Below, in pieces: positions 59,031-64,000 of a stretch of DNA of 64,000 nucleotides. The notes beneath the pieces were generated by a model, which was given only the letters and a program-made list of their open reading frames with translations, searched no databases and was not told the origin of the DNA. The stretch spans positions 1 to 64,000 of the forward strand of contig JAZDNV010000001.1 of the NCBI GenBank assembly GCA_043799385.1, read 5' to 3'. Both the position numbers and the translations under genes were made by a program. The first letter of the stretch is position 1; each line of letters opens with the position of its first letter. Origin of the DNA: Candidatus Aenigmatarchaeota archaeon (lineage in GTDB: Archaea; Aenigmatarchaeota; Aenigmatarchaeia; GW2011-AR5).

Positions 59031-60109
59031 ACAGGGACGAGATAGTTAAAAAATTTCTGGATAAAAAAAAGCTTCTGACACAGGCTGCGCTGGAAGCAAT
59101 CCACGGCAAAAACCTAGACGATTTCTTGGGGAAGGAGTACGTATCACTTGTTCTGGAGGAACGGGATTTTTTTGTTCACGATGTCAAGATACTAAAAAAT
59201 TTGACGGAAAAGCTCAATGAGATAACAACAGACGATTTTGTAAAATTCTACAAATCGAAATACGAGCGAATGCGTGAGATAATACTGAGCAGGATGAAGA
59301 AGGATTTCGTATCATTAAATAAATTGGATAATTTCAGGAACGAGGTCTTCGTTCTCGGTATCGCCAGAGAGATAAAAGAGAATGGCGACAAGAAAATCGT
59401 CGAATTTGAGGACCTAACGGCAACGAAACCTATAATATTCGACGATATATCAGATCTGGAACTGGACGATGTTGTTGCAATAAAGGCAATAAGCGCCGGT
59501 AATGTTTTATACGGCAAGGGTATTTTTTATCCTGACATACCGCTTCGCGAACCGGTTAAAGGGATGGACAAGGCGTGCTTTATCTCTGACATGCATCTGG
59601 AAGAAGCGCCATTGAGCGGTGCCGAAGACTTTTTCAAATGGTTTTCAAACCAGGCGATAAAATACCTTTTTGTCGCCGGTGACGTTGGTGACAGGGAAAA
59701 ATTTGAAAAACTCGTCAACGAATACTGTATAGGCAAATCGGTTTTCTCGACACCAGGTTGCGGTGCCGAATACCCAGGCTTGCCGGAAAAATTTGAAAGC
59801 AAGCATATAACATCATTATCCAATCCTGCAATGGTCGAGATAAACGGCATAAAGATACTGCTTGTGCACAGCCTTAACTTGAATATGCTCAAGAAAAGAT
59901 ACCTAGGTAAATCGAAGATAATACTGCCTGAAGATTATCTGGTCCTCGATTACGTTCCGGACATCGTGCATTACGGCCACAATCACGAGGCGCAAGTCAC
60001 GAATTATAAATCAGTCACACTGGTCAATTCAGGTTCATTGCTCACGGATTTCAAGCCAGTAGTGATCGATTTCGCAACGCGCGAAGTTGAGCAGATAAAG
60101 ATAGCTTAA
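59027..60109 (+). CDS. PolD small subunit (DP1)-like protein, short, with partly degenerate phosphoesterase
   Basis: F.S.Y..M..I helix, OB fold (EDLT), YPDIP, FISDMH, AGD, SNPA, EDYLVL..VPD..HYGHNH, NSGS; PGNHD replaced by PGCGA. Confidence 0.88.
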   Translation: MNRDEIVKKFLDKKKLLTQAALEAIHGKNLDDFLGKEYVSLVLEERDFFVHDVKILKNLTEKLNEITTDDFVKFYKSKYERMREIILSRMKKDFVSLNKLDNFRNEVFVLGIAREIKENGDKKIVEFEDLTATKPIIFDDISDLELDDVVAIKAISAGNVLYGKGIFYPDIPLREPVKGMDKACFISDMHLEEAPLSGAEDFFKWFSNQAIKYLFVAGDVGDREKFEKLVNEYCIGKSVFSTPGCGAEYPGLPEKFESKHITSLSNPAMVEINGIKILLVHSLNLNMLKKRYLGKSKIILPEDYLVLDYVPDIVHYGHNHEAQVTNYKSVTLVNSGSLLTDFKPVVIDFATREVEQIKIA

Positions 60110-60243
60110 AGGCGTGTTTATTGGTCACGATTTATGATATTATACAATTAGGGTAAGCGAAAATCTGCTGACGTATTTGCTACTCATAAGATATATTTAA
60201 TGATGGCGGAAAGAATTAAATAATTTAATCAATCAATGGGGTT

Positions 60244-62853
60244 ATGTTATTTCAATTATTGGATGTTGACTATTTTTTGAACGGAAACAAACCGGTCGTA
60301 AGATTATACGGCAAGACAGAAAACGACAACTCAATATGCGTATTCTGCGAGAATTTCCAGCCTTATTTCTACATAAAAGAAAAAACCGACGTGCCCGGTG
60401 CGATAAAGATAGAAGAGGTCGAGAAATTCCTGCCTCTAGGTTATCATGAAAAACCAATAAAGCTACAGAAAGTAACTCTGACCAATCCGCAGGACGTCGG
60501 TGTAGTGAGAGAGCAGCTGGCCGCAGACGGCGTAGAGAGCTATGAAGCAGATATATTGTTCAAATACAGGTTCATGATCGACCATGGTCTGCACGGCATG
60601 GACTGGATTGAATTCGAAGGAAGAAAAACGCACACGAATCTGGTTAACATACCTGCATACGTTGCAAGCAGCATAAAGAGAGTCGAGAGCTATTCGAACG
60701 CGCCGCTGAAATACATGTCGTTTGATATTGAATGCCTGCCGAGTGACGTTAAGCGGTCAATAGACGCAAAGATGGACCCTATAATAATGATAGCGCTGAC
60801 TTTCTACCCGGATTACAGGAACAAAAAAAACCTCGTTCTTGTCGCAAAGCCGGTGAATGAAAACGATGCTAAAGGATTCAGAAGCGAGAAAGAGATGCTT
60901 GAGGAATTCCTGAACATAATAAGGGTGTACGACCCGGACATAATCACGGGTTATAACATAAATTCTTTTGATCTGCCGTACCTGCTTGAGAGGTTAAAAC
61001 AAAACCATCTGCCAGCGAATTTCGGCCGCTGCAACGACAAGTACGTCTACTCAAAAAAATTCGGCATGACAGAAGAATGCACAATCAACGGAAGAATAGT
61101 AGTTGACCCATACCAACTGTTGAAAAGAGACCCGTGGCTCAAATTCGTACGTTACGACCTTAATACGATTGCAAAGGAGTTGCTGGGCGAAGCGAAATTG
61201 GACGTTGAGTACAGCGAAATGCCAGAGCTTTGGAACGGCACACGGGACGAACTAAGCAGGTTCATCGAATATGCGAGAAAAGATGCAGATCTATCAATAC
61301 GCTTAGTTCTTGAGAGAAGGATGCTTGACAAATTCATAGAGCTTGCGAAGGTATCCGGATTGCTTTTACAGGATACGTTCGGCGGCCAATCCACGAGGGT
61401 AGAAACGATGATTCTGCACGAATTCAAGAAAAGGAATTTCGTGATGCCGTCTAAGCCAACTTCTTCTGAACTTACAAAACGATTGAAAGAACGGGAGAAG
61501 AAAGGATTGAAGGGCGCGACAGTTTTAGAACCTAATAAAGGATTTTATTCTGACTATGTGCTCGTACTGGATTTCAAAAGCCTGTACCCGAACATAATCA
61601 GGACGTATTGCATTTCGCCTGACTGCCTACTGCTTGATGGCAGCGATGGTATTAAATCACCGTCAGGCGCGGTTTTTGCGAAACGTGAAGTTCGCGAGGG
61701 CGTTTTCCCGTTTCTTCTAACAAAGCTGCTTGAAGCAAGGGGAATTGCAAAGAAGGCGATGAAAACCGTAGGCAAAGAAGAGAAAAAGATACTCAATGCA
61801 AAACAATTGGCGTTAAAGGACATGGCCAACTCGTTCTACGGCTATACAGGCTACATACGTGCAAGGCTGTATATGATAGACGTGGCTAATGCAGTGACGA
61901 GTTATGGCCGTGAAAATATCGAAAGGACGAAAAAACTGATAGAGGATACCTTTAAAGTGAATGTCATCTACGGCGACACTGATTCCATATTCCTGAAGGT
62001 GAGTGTAAAGAGCATAGACGAGGCGAATGAGCTAGGCAGTAAAATATCAAAATTCGTGACCGACAACCTTCCAGGCTACCTTGAGTTGGAATTCGATAAG
62101 ATATACCGCTCGTTCCTCATACTGACAAAGAAGAGATATGCCGGTTGGAAGTTTGACTATTCAGATGGAAAATGGGTTGACAGCATAGACATGCGCGGCA
62201 TCGAGACAGTCAGACGCGATTGGTGCTCGCTGGTTACAGAAACAATGAACGAGATACTCAACATAATCCTGAAAGAGGGCGATGTACAGAAGGCGCTTAA
62301 TCGCATGCGCGATGTCGTAGAAAAGATAAAGAGAAATGAAATACCAATGGAAAAACTTACTGTTGTGAAGGAAATAACGAAACATGTGGATTCATATGAA
62401 GGGATACTGCCGCACATCGAGCTGGCAAAAAAGCTCACTAACAGGAACCCGCACGACGTACCAAAAGTTGGCGACAGGATTGGTTATATTATAATAAAAG
62501 GCAATCAGCTGCTGTCCAAGAGGGCAGAAGACCCGAAATATGCGGAAAAAAACAGATTACAGATAGATTCTGATTACTATCTGTCGTCGCAGCTATTTCC
62601 GCCGATCGAAAGAATATTGAACGCCGTCGGGATAACGAGGAGCGAGATGCTTGGCAACGGAAAACAGATGAACATATTCGACATGGTCAACGGGAAAAAA
62701 AGCTCAAGCAATGAGTTAGCAGGTTGGGAAGGATTTGTCTGCAAAAAATGCAACAAATCCTACAGAAGGATGCCGCTGCAAGGTCTTTGCGAGTGCGGCG
62801 GCGAACTTTTGCTCAGCTACCACGGCTCTGTTGGCAACAAGATAAAGATTTAG
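60244..62853 (+). CDS. polB: Family B DNA polymerase with PIP-like box and C-terminal DP2-like Zn finger
   Basis: Exo FDIE, YNINSFDLPYL, YARKD; Pol DFKSLYP, K..ANSFYGY, YGDTDS; QMNIFDM; CKKCNKSYRRMPLQGLCECGG. Confidence 0.96.
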   Translation: MLFQLLDVDYFLNGNKPVVRLYGKTENDNSICVFCENFQPYFYIKEKTDVPGAIKIEEVEKFLPLGYHEKPIKLQKVTLTNPQDVGVVREQLAADGVESYEADILFKYRFMIDHGLHGMDWIEFEGRKTHTNLVNIPAYVASSIKRVESYSNAPLKYMSFDIECLPSDVKRSIDAKMDPIIMIALTFYPDYRNKKNLVLVAKPVNENDAKGFRSEKEMLEEFLNIIRVYDPDIITGYNINSFDLPYLLERLKQNHLPANFGRCNDKYVYSKKFGMTEECTINGRIVVDPYQLLKRDPWLKFVRYDLNTIAKELLGEAKLDVEYSEMPELWNGTRDELSRFIEYARKDADLSIRLVLERRMLDKFIELAKVSGLLLQDTFGGQSTRVETMILHEFKKRNFVMPSKPTSSELTKRLKEREKKGLKGATVLEPNKGFYSDYVLVLDFKSLYPNIIRTYCISPDCLLLDGSDGIKSPSGAVFAKREVREGVFPFLLTKLLEARGIAKKAMKTVGKEEKKILNAKQLALKDMANSFYGYTGYIRARLYMIDVANAVTSYGRENIERTKKLIEDTFKVNVIYGDTDSIFLKVSVKSIDEANELGSKISKFVTDNLPGYLELEFDKIYRSFLILTKKRYAGWKFDYSDGKWVDSIDMRGIETVRRDWCSLVTETMNEILNIILKEGDVQKALNRMRDVVEKIKRNEIPMEKLTVVKEITKHVDSYEGILPHIELAKKLTNRNPHDVPKVGDRIGYIIIKGNQLLSKRAEDPKYAEKNRLQIDSDYYLSSQLFPPIERILNAVGITRSEMLGNGKQMNIFDMVNGKKSSSNELAGWEGFVCKKCNKSYRRMPLQGLCECGGELLLSYHGSVGNKIKI

Positions 62854-62917
62854 CCGCAGCAGCAATCTATTTTTCGTTCTATAAAAGTTTATATAATCCA
62901 AATGATAAGAAAATGTC

Positions 62918-63109
62918 ATGCACATCAAGACAATAAACGGAAAACAGTATTATTATGAGTCTGTGAGGAAGGGAAAGAAGGTTACAAGCAGGTATATCGG
63001 CCCTGTAGAAAAAGCAAAAAAGAGAATACAGGAACAAGAGATTGTAGAAGAAAAGGAAAAAATCAAACAAGAAGATATAAACCTCCCGGATGATAGCTAT
63101 ATCGGCTGA
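62918..63109 (+). CDS. Small basic beta-sheet nucleic-acid-binding-like protein
   Basis: KTINGKQYYYESVRKGKKVTSRYIGP; ends in DSYIG. Confidence 0.7.
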   Translation: MHIKTINGKQYYYESVRKGKKVTSRYIGPVEKAKKRIQEQEIVEEKEKIKQEDINLPDDSYIG

Positions 63110-63179
63110 TTCTTCTTAAAAACAGAATTAAATAGAAATATTTATCTCGAATTGAAGAAAAATAAAAAAATTATAAAAT

Positions 63180-63353
63180 TTACACATGCCTTGATTTTAT
63201 CGTCCCTTTCTTGTCACTTTTGGCACGCTCTACTGCGCGATCGAGCAATCTTGCGACTTCCTTATTCAGTTCGTCGATTGCGTCGCCGCCCATGCGCATC
63301 TTCTTCTTTGATGCATAGTCCTTTACTTTACTTTTCACTACCAATACTTCCAT
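63180..63353 (-). CDS. 57-aa histone-fold protein, Bd0055/face-to-face-like (not in ORF track)
   Basis: Hand translation MEVLVVKSKVKDYASKKKMRMGGDAIDELNKEVARLLDRAVERAKSDKKGTIKSRHV; GAGGT RBS (alternative start 63359). Confidence 0.85.
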   Translation of the reverse strand: MEVLVVKSKVKDYASKKKMRMGGDAIDELNKEVARLLDRAVERAKSDKKGTIKSRHV

Positions 63354-63414
63354 TTTCATAACCTCTACCTTATTTTTAATTAAAGAAATTCTAAATCAAA
63401 GCTTAAAAAGCCCT

Positions 63415-64000
63415 CTAAACAGGCAGGTAGAAAAGTATCGTAGGTAAAATCAGGACACCCATCAGGTTACCACGCTTTATTTTTACAATATTCGTGAAAA
63501 TACCTAGTACCGAACAAATCGCTAGCAAAAACAATCCGTAGAAGGATGTGAAAACGAAAGTGAGCAGAAGTATCAGCGATAAAACAAAAACACTAATCAC
63601 GGAGTAATTCATCTGCTCAATCACGCCCAGAAATCTTTTTGTCATCAGTAATGTTAATATCGCAGACACGCCGCACGCTATGAGCGATACGGAAACAATC
63701 ATGAGCAATTCATTAAAGCCGATACTCATCGTCTGCTCGATAACGACTGCAACGCCGCTCCTCGCCTTTCCGATGAGATACAATGATATCATCGAGAGCA
63801 ATATGTTTGCAGTAGTTATAGCGCCGATGCTGACTAAAAACGAATGGTCGTTTTTCTCAACGCTCGCAAGCGAAGCAATTTCGCTCGAGCCCACGCCAGG
63901 CAGAATGCCGGAGAAAATGCCGCCGAACGAGCCGGACAATAATGAGCGGTTTACGGTTTTTCTTGATACGTTTAATTCTGCCCCTGTCTGCTCTGGGATT
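63415..64000 (-). CDS. TctA-family (tripartite tricarboxylate transporter-like) membrane protein, 5'-truncated
   Basis: GILPGVGS, GKARSG, many TM helices, LMGVLILPT; frame continues past window end. Confidence 0.8.
   Translation of the reverse strand, partial: IPEQTGAELNVSRKTVNRSLLSGSFGGIFSGILPGVGSSEIASLASVEKNDHSFLVSIGAITTANILLSMISLYLIGKARSGVAVVIEQTMSIGFNELLMIVSVSLIACGVSAILTLLMTKRFLGVIEQMNYSVISVFVLSLILLLTFVFTSFYGLFLLAICSVLGIFTNIVKIKRGNLMGVLILPTILFYLPV

Noticed and set aside
62918..63109. Transposase or integrase remnant
   Set aside because: Resembles N-terminal beta-sheet DNA-binding segments of some mobile-element proteins, but no catalytic domain, terminal repeats or broken frames are nearby.
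63152..63361. Plus-strand 69-aa ORF
   Set aside because: Antisense shadow of the minus-strand histone-fold gene.

Overview
Chromosomal segment of an archaeon, most likely DPANN (Aenigmarchaeota-like; inferred from gene content, not a database search). It carries a type IV pilus-like locus (secretion ATPase plus about 11 pilin-like genes, 5-15 kb), core translation, division and chromatin genes (alba, minD, leuS, slyD, ftsZ-secE-spt5, rpl1/10/12, alaS, histone, RPA, radA, PRC-barrel, dnaG, hjc), carAB, upper mevalonate genes, two sulfatase-superfamily genes and two intron-containing tRNAs. A replication origin with ORB elements sits before cdc6. Highlights: (1) oriC-cdc6 is followed by a partly degenerate PolD small subunit (DP1) and then, where DP2 commonly lies, an intact PolB ending in a DP2-type C-terminal Zn finger, which resembles a eukaryotic PolB plus B-subunit replicase; (2) helically phased (about 10.5 bp) TTCA/TGAA arrays flank a small wHTH gene next to an AAA+-wHTH ATPase and a PRC-barrel gene; (3) three or four intergenic elements of about 90-100 nt share a three-way-junction fold and are confined to the pilus locus; (4) homologous intron sequence sits at different positions in tRNA-Arg and tRNA-Gln; (5) several small proteins are missing from the ORF track, including a Bd0055/face-to-face-like histone.
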